NCBI GenBank assembly: GCA_043228905.1 | Contig: JBHGNT010000008.1 | Coordinates: 19,220,001 to 19,284,000 of the forward strand | DNA: 64,000 bases | Origin: Azolla caroliniana | Taxonomy: Eukaryota; Plantae; Polypodiophyta | Direction: 5' to 3' | In this document: piece after piece, positions 52,537-64,000 of the stretch | How the letters are laid out: every line of letters begins with the position of its first letter | How positions within the stretch are numbered: the first letter of the stretch is position 1 | The notes under the pieces: model-generated | Database searches by the model: none | Seen by the model: the letters and a program-made list of their open reading frames with translations, nothing else | What the model was told of the DNA's origin: nothing | Program-made: the position numbers and the translations under genes

Positions 52537-54060
52537 CTTTTTTTCTTTTTTTCTTTTTTTTACCAAAAAAGAATATACTCCTTTAGTTAAAATATACACA
52601 AACTCGATCCCTTACTCGGGTAGGCCGCGACAAGACTATCCTATCCTACATAAGAGATCTCGCTTATTTATCTTACACTTTCACATATGGCTCTAGCCAT
52701 CCTTTCATTCACATCACCTACATTCACTATCCCACATGCCATGTCTTTCACGTCCCTCGTTCATCTAATGGGAGGGGGGAACAACCATTTGGGTACTTCA
52801 TACTTCCATAGTATATCCATTCCATTTGTTGCGGCCATCGGTGCAGTACACCATCGATTTCAAAAATTCAACCTCATTAGTTCTACAACATCATTAGTAC
52901 CATCACTCTGCTCATATTGAGCTCTTAGTGTAGTTATTAGTGTGTGCCAGATTAGCTTAATCAATTTAGTTGGGGGGTATTTGTGTGCTAAAAATACCCT
53001 GCTACACCTTGTTGTCCATATATACAATATAGTAATGGGGGCAAGAAACATCCAAAGATCTCCAAGTTTTTGATTTTGTGCACAAGTTGTAGGTACCCTG
53101 TTGTTAGTGATTAGCCGCACAATGCCATTCTCCCCTTTGTGCTTAGCATCACATGTGTTATCGTATTTCGCCACATCATCCTCAAGACAAATCCAGCAAG
53201 CATGTCCCCAGTTGAGGGTGAACGAACTAGAGGCATGGCAAAGCAAACGTAGTGCCCTTCCCCATACAGCCACTGCCTCGCGACATTCCCATAGACAATG
53301 GGAAATGCTTTCTATCTATCCACATGCAATACATCTAAGGTCTACATTGGGGCCTTTACCCCATGTCCCTACCAACAAGGCTCTATGTGCAATAAAGCAT
53401 AACCACATCATTATCTTGCGGTCATATCTATCATGCCATATCATTTTCCAGAATTTATCTAGTCTCATTTCACTAATGCCCTCCTGTATCCAAAATTTCC
53501 TTGCTGCAATCTTGTTGTGTTCTTTTCTAGAATAATTTGCCTCCCAATCTTCGTGTTATACCTGAAAAATTGAACCAGCTTTTCCCCATCAGTTCGTCGT
53601 TGAGTTCTCCAACAATACATCGTTGGGTCCCATGATAATTGATCCAAATGCCCTTGTATAGGCCAACACACTGTTTCCGGTGTGATCTCTGTTGGCTTAG
53701 GGTGAATAATCATATTCTTGCCATTTTTTGCGATTAGCCTAATTGGCCTTTCTCTTTGAAAGGCTGGTTGCTCAACTCTTACCATTCAGTGCTCTAGTTT
53801 GTAGTAGAATACCTCATTTGATTCTACTTTCATTCCCTTAATGCCAATTAAACAATTCTCAGCATCTATAAGTTCTGTCCACGCCATTTTAGAGGTTGTT
53901 ACTTCTTCCTCTTCCACGGTATTCAAGCTCTTCATCTTGGGTTTGAAACCCATCTCTATTACTTCGTACATATCTCTTAAATCACTAGATGCCACTGTGG
54001 ATCATGAAGCTCATACTTCATGTGGTAAATTTTGGTGGAATTTCGACACTAATGGCTAAG
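52537..54060 (-). mobile_element. 5'-truncated L1/Tx1-like LINE 3' end (ORF2 C-terminus with zf-RVT-like motif)
   Basis: The minus strand reads CIACG*IESISHCLWECREAVAVWGRA, ITILYIWTTRCSRVF and WKYEVPKWLFPPP. It has stops and frameshifts, and a poly(A) tail seen as a T-tract at 52537-52561. Confidence 0.8.
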
Positions 54061-55178
54061 CTTAGCAATAATGGGCTCATCAAGCAAACAACTTGTGAAT
54101 CAAGCGTTTAGAGATTGAGTTGTGATCTCTCGAATATTTGGGCCATATTTGTACATTCAAGAAAGGGTTGGTCTAAACGTAAGAAAGGTTATTTTTAAAA
54201 TTATGAATTAATGTGAGCACTATGTTTAAGGCCATGTGTAGAATTTGACGGCGTGAATCGTGATTAGCCTAAAATTGAACATGGGCATTTTTATAATTAC
54301 TAAAGGAAGGTTCTAGAAACTTATAAAAAATTCTAGAGAAGCCTTGAAGCATCTCAATGAACCTAATGAAGGTGGTGAGTACACAGGGAGATAGGGGGGA
54401 ATCAAAGAACAAAGAAATCAATCAAGGAGTGAAGTGAATCTGAAGCACACAATAGTATCAAGGAGCAAGAGTAAGAGTGTAAACGGGGAAGAAGACGAAA
54501 AAGAAGATAGTGATCGAGAGAGAATAAGAGGGAGAAAAGAAAGGATTGCATTCAACAAGGCAAACAAAGGAAGGTGACGACAAAGCAAGATAAAGGGGAA
54601 TAACGTTTCACAAATAACTTATCACAAGGGCCTTCCTCCCTACACATATAAGAGATATTTTCCATGTCGTCCGTTTTGCCATCTATTATGCATAATCACA
54701 TGCTCTTTCCCCCAACCATCTCGTTTACTTCTACAATTCCCTCTTGAATTAAATGTTGGCAATTCCATGTGGCAACCGCGACCCGCATATATCATTCATC
54801 ATACTTGGGTGTAGAGAGGGGGATGTAGTAGACTAACCAAACCATCTAGCAAATGCTTGCCTTGTACCAATGTGTTCAGGCCAAAGTCCTTCACTTTTTA
54901 ATTCATTGACTCAGTCTTTTTTCTTATGTATGTTCACTCTTTATGTAGATTAATAGGGTGGTGTTTTTAATTACACTTAAATCTCCTGAAACACCTTACC
55001 TCAAAGTTTGTAACAATTCCTTGATCACATGTACTACCCCATACATAGAAATATTAGACATGTACATACTTCAACAATATCACCTACAAACACATGAGTG
55101 ATAAGACAAGTACATTTCAAGCTCAAGACCACAAAAGTTTGAACTGATCGAGTGCATATACATACATGTATATATATA

Positions 55179-55661
55179 TGAAGTTAAAATCGTTGCCGGC
55201 CACAACCGGTCCTATGTATGCGGAATAATAGTCAATCTAATGGAAAGAAAAAAAACACAGAATTTAACGTGGAAACCTGAACTGGGAAAAACCACGTGGA
55301 GTCCACAAACTTTGAAACAGAACACTATGAGAGAAAGGAATACAATCAGAGATCTTAGAGGCAACGACCTCGAGATCCTGCTTCGCCAACAGGCAGCTAT
55401 GGAGCTCACACGGTTCCACTCACACTCATTCACTCTCACAATTACAGAGGCAAGAACCTCGTCAACAATAACGCACTTATCTAACATGATTGCCCTAAGT
55501 ACTTATATACTAATGTTACCTTTCGACTATTTACAAGTTTAGCCTTCCGTGTTGGCTATCTCCACGATTTCCGGTTTCGGCCTCGGCCTATCAGTCTCGG
55601 CCGAGTTGCTCATCAACATGGTTCTTCTCACTTCCCATCCGGAGGGACCTGTTTCCTAACA
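55179..55661. mobile_element. Solo LTR, Ty1/copia-like
   Basis: TG...CA ends flanked by ATATA, inserted in a TA/CATA microsatellite. Contains AACACAGAATTTAACGTGGAAACC...GGGAAAAACCACG, a motif common in plant copia LTRs. Confidence 0.65.
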
Positions 55662-56199
55662 ATATATACATACATAAATACATATCTCAATTTCTTTGTC
55701 ACCTTCAACAAACACCAAGCATACAACATCTTCATGTTTGTTCTCGGGGAAGGGGGCAATGAGAAGTTGACAAACACCAGTTATAGACAAAACAAAATGA
55801 TACCCACATTTTGATCTAATTCAAATGTTAGCATTGGCAACATGCAAATATTCACCAAAGATTAACGGCATGCCGCGATTGGTGCCATCTCCCACTTGTG
55901 AATACATGGAAATTTATATAGCATATCCATTTGCAATAAGTCTAAAATGTCCTACGTAGACATCTACCAACATAGTTATAACATACAATTAGGTACAATG
56001 AGAAAGGCAGGTTTTGTAGGTGTGACCCAATTAGTGTTATATTCGAACCTTAGTGTCCACATGTCTATGTCACGATAAATATATCTAATATAGTACAAAA
56101 AAATGTTCTATTTTGAGAATATATGTCATTAGTTCCTAAAAATGTATACAAATGTATTGAATACAAAATTTGGGAAAGCAAGGTATCAAATCATGATGC

Positions 56200-56835
56200 A
56201 TGATTGCCAACATGTGCACTTTTGATGTGTCTTGATTCGAGGATAAAGAAAAATTATCAAAAGCATTTGCATTTGTACAAAAGCCTTATTCAAAGAAAGA
56301 GAAGAATACGGCTCAACAATTTCTCTAAACACAAGAAAAAGCACATGCATTTGCTAAATTTTGGGGGAATTTAAAGGGAAAATGTGTTGAGAGTTATGTT
56401 GACTTCAACTCTTATGGACTTGTCTATGTATTGTAAGAAATTATATGAGCTATCAATGGCCAAAAAGATAATGTGCCATGGTTCTCTTTCGTCTAGGTCT
56501 CCCTTCTTTATGATTGAAGATGTATGCATAGGGCTTAAGAAATTGGCCTCTCAAAAGGCAAGAGATCTTCAATGGCTAAAGGTTGAAATGCTCAAATGGA
56601 CGAGTAAGGAAGCACATGCATGGATAAGTGATATGTTTATTCATGCATTGCAACATGCCATGCCCGAATGGCCTACAAATTGGATTAAACCTTTACATAA
56701 AGATAGAGATGCAAATAAATTAAACAACTATTGTATCATCATGGTCGGCTCACTAATGACAAAACTATTTGGATATATAATGGAATCAAAGTAATAACAT
56801 GGGCTGAAAAAATGGCAAAAGATCCCACATACGTA
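56200..56835 (+). mobile_element. RTE-like LINE fragment (region upstream of the RT core)
   Basis: LKVEMLKW...WPTNWIKPLHKDRDANKLNNYCIIMVGS is homologous to ORF 37984-38238. Confidence 0.75.
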
Positions 56836-57089
56836 CAAGTTAGATCTTGTCCCATTGTCTGTCATCCGTATCATTGCTTCCATGTGACTTAGCTCACACG
56901 CACTAGGATGTGACACTAGGCATTGGGGCACAAGTGATGCGATTAGTTGATATTGCGCAATTTGAACATTATATGAGTTGCGTTTTCGAAATTTCATGCT
57001 TCATTTTTGAAAACTTTGGTTTTTACCCTCAAGCTTTTTTAAAATTTTATTTTCTACCCTTATGTTTGTAAAGAATTGGATGGATTCTA

Positions 57090-57103
57090 TGTAGTGGAAG
57101 AAC

Positions 57104-57161
<58 letters not shown>

Positions 57162-59400
57162 GATTTACAAAAAAACTGAAAAAACTGTATTACAAGGAAG
57201 CAAGAATAACCAACAACTACAAGGAGAGGGAGAAGGTGCTTATGTAGTCACCTTCTCTCTAACTTCTCTCACTAGTACCGCCTCTTGAGAAAGAGGTTGT
57301 GTCTTAACTACTTAAAGAATATGTGTCATAGGACATTAACTTCTATGACACACTAGTTATTATACAAGGAGGTGGGGCGTTCACACACTTGAGTATCCTA
57401 GAGTGTGTTCCCACTCACGGTGTCGTGCCTTTCGGTGCCGGATCATTGCATGAGTCAGGTGGGAACCGTTGGGGTTTTGGACTAGGAGGAAGAAGAATTT
57501 GAGATGATCCTAGTTATGAATAGATTGCAAGAAAGAAAGATAGGAAACTTGTGAATCCCACGAGTATAGTGTATTAATCAATACTTAGGAAAGAATATGA
57601 ATTTAGATTGAAAGAAAGAAATAGATAGAAAATTCATAAATCCCACGAATATATTAATCAACCCTTATGAAAAAAGTTCAATAAGCATTACAATTTGCTG
57701 CCCCCCACCCTTATATAGTGATGGGAGAGACTAAGTATCCTACCATATAGTAAGCATCATGCTTTTCTAAAGTGTTCATGCACACTAGATGTGCATGAAT
57801 CACTTTATCTATTATGTTTTTTCTATTAATAATAGTGTTCATGCACGTGAGATGTGCATGAATAGTTTTTTCGATCATGCATTTTCTTCTAACTAAAGTC
57901 TATGCACTCTACACGTGTAAAAGTAGCTTTTCCTAAAATTTATACTTGAGGATAAGTTTTTCTAAATAATAAATCCATAATCATTTTACTCATAATGAGT
58001 TGGTACAATGGTAAGGTTTGAGTATGTTTACATGGAGGTGTAGGGTTTGAATCTTGCCCTATGCATGCAATGTATTTATTTTAGTATTTCCTTCTATTTC
58101 TTTATTTTTATTGAATTGGGTACTCCGTACATATTTCACGTAATGTATGAAGTACACTATGACACTCACCCCCTCTAAACCTGCACATCCTCCGGTATGT
58201 GCCGAAGTTTCCGGTACTTTGTTACTCTTCTTCCTTCGCACCACCCTCGGTCTCTTCCCCTATGTTGATTATTAATTCTAGCTCACTTTCTTTGCTTTCC
58301 GCACTTTCGTGATCCTTGTCCGATTGCTCCTCTATGTCGGGTTTGTCTAAGATTACGTAGGGTTCATCGTCGCTTTGCTTCTTAAAAAATTTCACCCACT
58401 TCCCCACTATAAGTACCCGTAGTAATGTTCCATCCATCTCACATAGTCGGTAAGTTCTATTGTCGAATACCTTTCGAACTTCGTATGGTCCAAACCACCT
58501 TTTAGCAAATTTTCGTATCGAGCTATGTTGATGATCCAAACTACTATCATAGCCTATCACCCAATCTCCTTCTTCAATCTTCAGCGGTTGGAGTCGGTGT
58601 TTTTTGTCAAATCGGTGTTTGTTCCTAAACCGCGCTTCTTGTTGTCGATGTATCGCTTTCGTTATGTCTTCTGGTCTTCCTTCTAGTTGTCGTATCCGGA
58701 CCGCTAGTAATTCTTCCCGACTCATCTATTCCTTCCATGGTAGCAATGTACAAATCGCAATTGTGGTTATCGTAGGCATTACCGGAGCTTGTCCGGTCAT
58801 AAGTTCCACTAGCATATAACCGGTCACAAAATTATGCGTTGTGTGATCCGCCCATAGTGCATATGGAAGCATTTGCGACAAAATCTTTACCCTTCCATCA
58901 CATGCTTTTGCTAGTGCTTTTACGATCGAACTATGTCCTCGCTCGATCTTCCTATTTGCTTCTGGATTGTATGCCATGGTTAGTGTCAACCGATCCACAA
59001 TCACTTGTCCTACGCACCCGTACATATAGAACACTTCTTCCAAAAGAAATTACCATACTGCAGAACATGTTTTTCTTTGTAGCGCCCGACCTTCTACTGG
59101 GTTCGTCAGATCTTCCCGAGCTAACACCAAGTACTTCTTTTGTCCGATCCCGGTTGGCATGGCCATGATGTCGACCATCAATTTAGAGTTAATTATCGGT
59201 GAGAATGTCGTGTGTAATTCATCCCGATGTTGAACTCCAGAGTAGATCTGACATTTCTCGCAGCTTTCGGTGAACTCAGTTATATCCTTGTACATATTTT
59301 TCCACCAATATTTTTGTTTGATCTTTGCAAATGTCACCCATGTTCCCCAATGTCCATGCCAATCGGATTCATGAAATTCGGATAGCAGACTTCAGCAGTG
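57090..59400 (-). mobile_element. 3' part of a Ty3/gypsy LTR retrotransposon: integrase, polypurine tract and 3' LTR (57090-57692)
   Basis: Zinc-binding motif H...GHWG...YWWKNMYKDI...CEKCQ, core AYNPEANRKIERGH and GPY/F module KRWFGPYEV. PPT GGGTGGGGGGCAGC precedes an LTR with TGTAATG...CACTACA ends. In-frame stops are present. Confidence 0.9.
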
Positions 59401-60121
59401 TCTCTACTTGCGTGACCATGAGTTATCTTTTAATGTAAGGGAGCAAAGCGACAATTAAGTTGTTTTTAGTTTGTACATCTTTTTTTACAGCTTTAGGGTG
59501 GCAGGAGTCTGTCACAAAATAGCCCTCATCAACTCGAACCCTGCGCCTTCCCTGAGCTCTCAACATCAAGTAGCAAGTTTGGTGAATCGTTATCTTCATA
59601 TTCAACATTCTTTATTTGGCCGTATGGGAAGGTCTTGCCCACTTGTAGCTTGTCATCACCTTCAGACTTAGCAAATCCGAGGAACAAGTTCCCCTCTTCT
59701 TTAGCATAAATCAATGGCCATTTTAAATGGAGGTAGCTCTTCAAGCGAGGCTCAATGGGCTTATCGGCCAATGTCTTCAATGTGTTCCCTACTAATGACT
59801 TAGATGTTCCATCACCTCCAGACTCAATTAAGGTTCTTCTTGAAGCCTCTTTCACGACGTCATCGAGAGGCCTTTTTGTCAGTGAGGGAATCTTCAATTT
59901 AAATGATGGAACCTTTTGACAAGGTTCACTACAAACTATAGGCAATAAAATAATCTTAAGAAAATCTTATTGAAACTGGATATTTAAGATTAAAACTATG
60001 AAAAAGTTACTTAAAATCAATATAATTTTAGTGTAAATCCCTATCTAAGGCACTCAAAAAATAACCATAAAATTGTCAATAAAATTCTTTTAAACCACAC
60101 ATTAGACACAAATTTGTGCTC

Positions 60122-60280
60122 TTTCAACGGGAACTCGATGCTGAAAACACTAGGCATTCAACAAGAACTCGATGCACTACATCAAGTTCCGGTTGAAAGC
60201 ACTAGGCATTCAACTGGAACTCGATGCACTACATCGAGTTCCCATTGAAAGCACTAGGGAACGATGCAATGCATCGAGGT
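60122..60280. repeat. Tandem array of palindromic units (~52-bp period)
   Basis: GGAACTCGATG-CACTA-CATCGAGTTCC forms a perfect 11-bp stem at 60216-60242. A near-identical unit precedes it and partial units flank it, linked by TGAAAGCACTAGGCATTCAA. Confidence 0.85.
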
Positions 60281-60645
60281 CTTGTATACTATAGTTTGAC
60301 ATCTTTGCAAAAATTGATTTAAAAAAAGCATCTTTACAAAATCTTTAGGTAATCTTAAAAATCGGTTCAAAATAAATAGTTGGCAATTTTCTTTCCCTTG
60401 TTCATGGTGTTGGCATTGAGTGAGGTGATTGAGGAGACGAAAACTGGAGTGTGAGATAGCTTCTGTGCTCTTGAGCACTTGAAAATCTTGAACGCAGTGA
60501 TGACAATGAGAAGATGACTTTCATTTATATAGTAATAAATTATTATTTTTTATAAATTAAATAACATTATTTTTACATGTGGCTTATTCTAGAATAAATT
60601 GTTCTACTATTTTCACTCATTTGACCTTAGTTGGCCTTAGTCAAG

Positions 60646-63040
60646 ATGTTCTCAACATCGAGTAAAAATTTTGTGTTTTATGTTGAGCCTTTTACATTAT
60701 ATGATAACTCATTATTCTCAACCGAGGAATATAACCATGTAAATATTAGATGGTGCCAACATAGAGAGTCTAACGATGATATTGGGCAAAGTTCAAATTC
60801 ACTTTTTTCAATCGAGCCTTTTAACTTAGGTAGTCCTCAAAAAAGTAAAGTAGTTACAAATAATGAAGGGGTCGATTTATCTAATGTTGACAAGGATTGC
60901 ATCAATCAGCATCTCAATTTTCGAAGAGTTCCCCGACAAGTGAGTGTTAAAAGATATAATTTTTTGCATTCAGATCGTCAAATTGCATTTTATACAAGCA
61001 AGCCATGTTGTGGGAATCTTTGTCTTTCGAAGTTTGGAAAGGCAAACATGAGGGGGTTGTGACATAAATATTTGTCACTTAATGGCGATGAGCAAGATAC
61101 TTTTATGATTTCACATATGCAACTTGTTAAGGTAGATGGAGATATATTTCTCAAAGCAATGTGATGTTATGCACACTACTGGAAGATTACATTTGTCAAA
61201 TAACTTCACTCGTCATGAGGTATACCAAGCGTATAAGGATGACATGTTATTAGAAAGTGTACCTTACATACAATATCAACATTTTAATTGATTATGGAGA
61301 TTGAAGTTTAACAATGTGGTCATACCACGTAAGGTTCAAATGGATGTTTGTTCTATATTTGCAAGTTTAAAAAGCATGTCGAAAAGTGGAAGAACCGATG
61401 ACGAAATAAAGAGTTATAAGAATTTATTAAAAGAACATTGAGAAAGTCAAGTGTTGGAAAGATCTAAAGCTATGCACCATTGACAAAAAGCGCTTCAATC
61501 ACCAGAAAGGTACATGTGCTTGATTATAGATGGCACGAATCGAAAGAAGACTTGTTTGCCACACTTTCGAAGGTTGTCGAAGGATATTGCAAATGAATGC
61601 CTTGTGCAAATGCATTGAGTAGGTTGTTTGTCTTATTGTCAAACAATAAGGCCTCAAGTGTTTCTAACTTATTCGTGTGCACAACGACCCAAATCTTATA
61701 GTCACAGTAATGTAAAGAGTTTTACATCCTTGGGAAGGTATTCTCCCGCCAGTCCTACACGTACAACTAGACAACACGACCAAATAAAACAAAAACTCGA
61801 CTGTGTTCGGTTATTTAAGCGTGCAGCAAAAAGGGGCATATTTAAAAAGATTAAGGTAAACTTCTTACTAGTTGGTCATATGCATGATCATATAGATCAA
61901 ATGTTTAGCCGGTTCTCAAAGAAATTAGCGAGACGTGATGCTTTCACGCTTCCTATGCTATCAAAGTTGATCACTGAAGCTTATACCCCAAAGCCAGATG
62001 TACAACATTTGGATGAAATTTATGATTTTAAACGTTGTTGCATGGATGGGATGGGACTCTATGTAGGGCTCTTGCACTGCTTAATAATATAAGTTTTAAC
62101 CACGTCTTCCTCATCAAAAGAAGTTCTAGCAGGCACAACCAGTTGATGTTGTATGCCAAACAATACTCATCTAGTTCACAATGGGAGCCACAAGAGGGAT
62201 GTAGGCTCTTATTGCATTTTCCAAATGCGGTAATCCAAGGTGCAGAACAAATGTCGTATGATGACCATAAAATATTGGCTACTGGTAGTTCAATCGAAGA
62301 GCAAAAGATATATTGGATGCGTTGCTTTGAAGAAAAACGCAAAAATATTGAACATACCAAAAAGTACGCTCATGATAAAGATGTTGAATGGTGGGGTAAT
62401 TTCTTTAATCATCAACATACGATTTTAGATAACCACTTTTTCGGTTACTAGCCACTCAGAAATCAATTCAAATGGAATATTGGTGGCCCATCAATGGTGA
62501 GCACGACTCGTTTACAATCACAAGATAATCCTGAATTGAATAATCTAGTTTGTCCACGACAAACTACAAGTGGTGGCCCATCAATGGTGAGCACAACTCG
62601 TTTACAATCACGAGATAATCCTGAATATCGCATGTTGCAGAGAGGAGATGGTAAGGCAATCTACATGAGCTACAAGTTGGTATGTTGGTTGCAACATTAG
62701 TTGGGGGTAATAAGTTGGGTCATCCCGTTCGGATTGCTAAAATCACTGAAATTATTGAGGATGAAGAAGGCAATCAAGTTCAATTCATTGTGGTTCATTG
62801 ATATCATACCTCTTCCCTAGATGCATTTACTGGGAAGTACTCTTTAGAGATGGTTAAGGATGTCAGAGTAACAAGCAGAAAACATAGAAGAAAGAATCTA
62901 CCCAGCATGTCTACTCTAACGCTTGATAATGTAGACATACTAGTGTATGACTTCTCCTTAACCAAAACGGGCCATCTAAGACAGACCACAATCAAGATAA
63001 TAAAAGAGAAGATCCCAGATGGTCTTCCTGATGCAATATG
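60646..63040 (+). pseudogene. Decayed DNA-transposon transposase-like gene (RNase H-fold DDD type; possibly Sola-like)
   Basis: Across frameshifts and stops: CCGNLC, MDVCSIFA (decayed CxxC), CLIIDGTNRKKT, HNDPNLIVTV, LHVQLDNTT and VNFLLVGHMHDHIDQMFSRFSKKL. The pattern matches a DGMDQ...LQLDN...FLxVGHTHxDIDQxFS transposase-like family. Confidence 0.65.
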
Positions 63041-64000
63041 AGACAAACAAGGAGTATGTCTCATAATCACGGTGACGTTGGATTGCAATTGGATGAAAAC
63101 AATGCATTGGTTGCTAGTATGATGAGGATGAGACCTCACAAAGCTCTTCTAGTTTATTCGAATGGGTCGAAAGGGGAAGGCGTATCTTTGGGAAGTGATA
63201 GTTTTGATATATTAAACGTAAATATTGTATTTTACATCAAGATGGTGATTCACGAATATGTATAAATATAGGTGGTAGTCCTTTTGTAAATTGTGTGTAT
63301 TCTTTTATAAGTTTCACGTGTCGATTATTTATGCATTTTTTGGAAAGCCCTAAATTTTTGGACATGGTATAAATCCATATATTTTGATTCAATTGTTCAA
63401 AAACCTTTACACATGCGATACCCCTTTTTGTGAAATGACCTACTTTGTGCCTTTTTGGACGAACAGTTCTTAAAATGTGACATATTACCTATTTCAAATG
63501 ACCCGATGTTTATTGTAAACGTTGTGTAATTGGGATCCAATCCCACTAAAACTTATTGTAATTTGTAAGATTATAAATTTTTTAGTGATTTAATATAATT
63601 TACCTCCATTGCATTTACTTATTTCAGTAAAAATTTAAATACTTGTTCTTAGTGTGAATTGAGCAATAAAGGACAACAAAAATAGTCTTATGTGTAATAA
63701 TTGTAGAAATCCAAATTTCCCTCCATTTAGAATTTCTAGGTTACTATTAAAGTATTTGGTAGATTGTGGGATTTAACCACAATTCTATTGTTACCACCAC
63801 CAACACGAATTAATTAAAAAAATATTGTTTAATTAAAATAAGAATTATATAAGTTTAATAAGTATTACTAACTCCCAAAGAGTGGTTTAAACCTAAATTC
63901 ATTTCTTAAGCCATTGCAATCCACCTACTTGTTAATTATGTCTAACTCTATTTTAAGAATCGTGTTGCAATTGGAAGGAGCTTATTTGATGAGCACGTAA

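Noticed and set aside
60122-60280. Palindromic repeats as a CRISPR array
   Set aside because: The linkers are constant rather than unique and there are only about 2 full units.

Overview
AT-rich eukaryotic nuclear DNA with spliced genes. It is most consistent with a seed-free vascular plant such as a fern (inference): it has a PLS-class PPR gene, TTTAGGG telomere motifs and an intact PF16/SPAG6 flagellar gene. Seven protein-coding genes were reconstructed by hand: the 3' part of a Sec1/Munc18 (KEULE-like) gene (+), DBR1 (-), a PLS-E PPR gene (-), UBC13 (-), an intronless bHLH (-), SPAG6/PF16 (-) and a 4-EF-hand calmodulin-like gene (-). The rest is repeat-rich: five copies of a hAT-type MITE family, RTE-like and other LINE fragments, Ty3/gypsy remnants, solo LTRs, a decayed 26S rDNA fragment, a decayed DDD-type transposase, and tandem repeats. 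The top finding is an upstream exon, missed by the ORF track, that fuses an OSB-type PDF ssDNA-binding motif in frame to the PPR array, with no room for an organellar transit peptide. Other findings are MITEs sitting just upstream of three start codons, a GC-AG intron in DBR1, and a bHLH whose stop codon comes from a telomere-like array. Exon boundaries were read manually and family assignments rest on motif recognition; no database searches were run.
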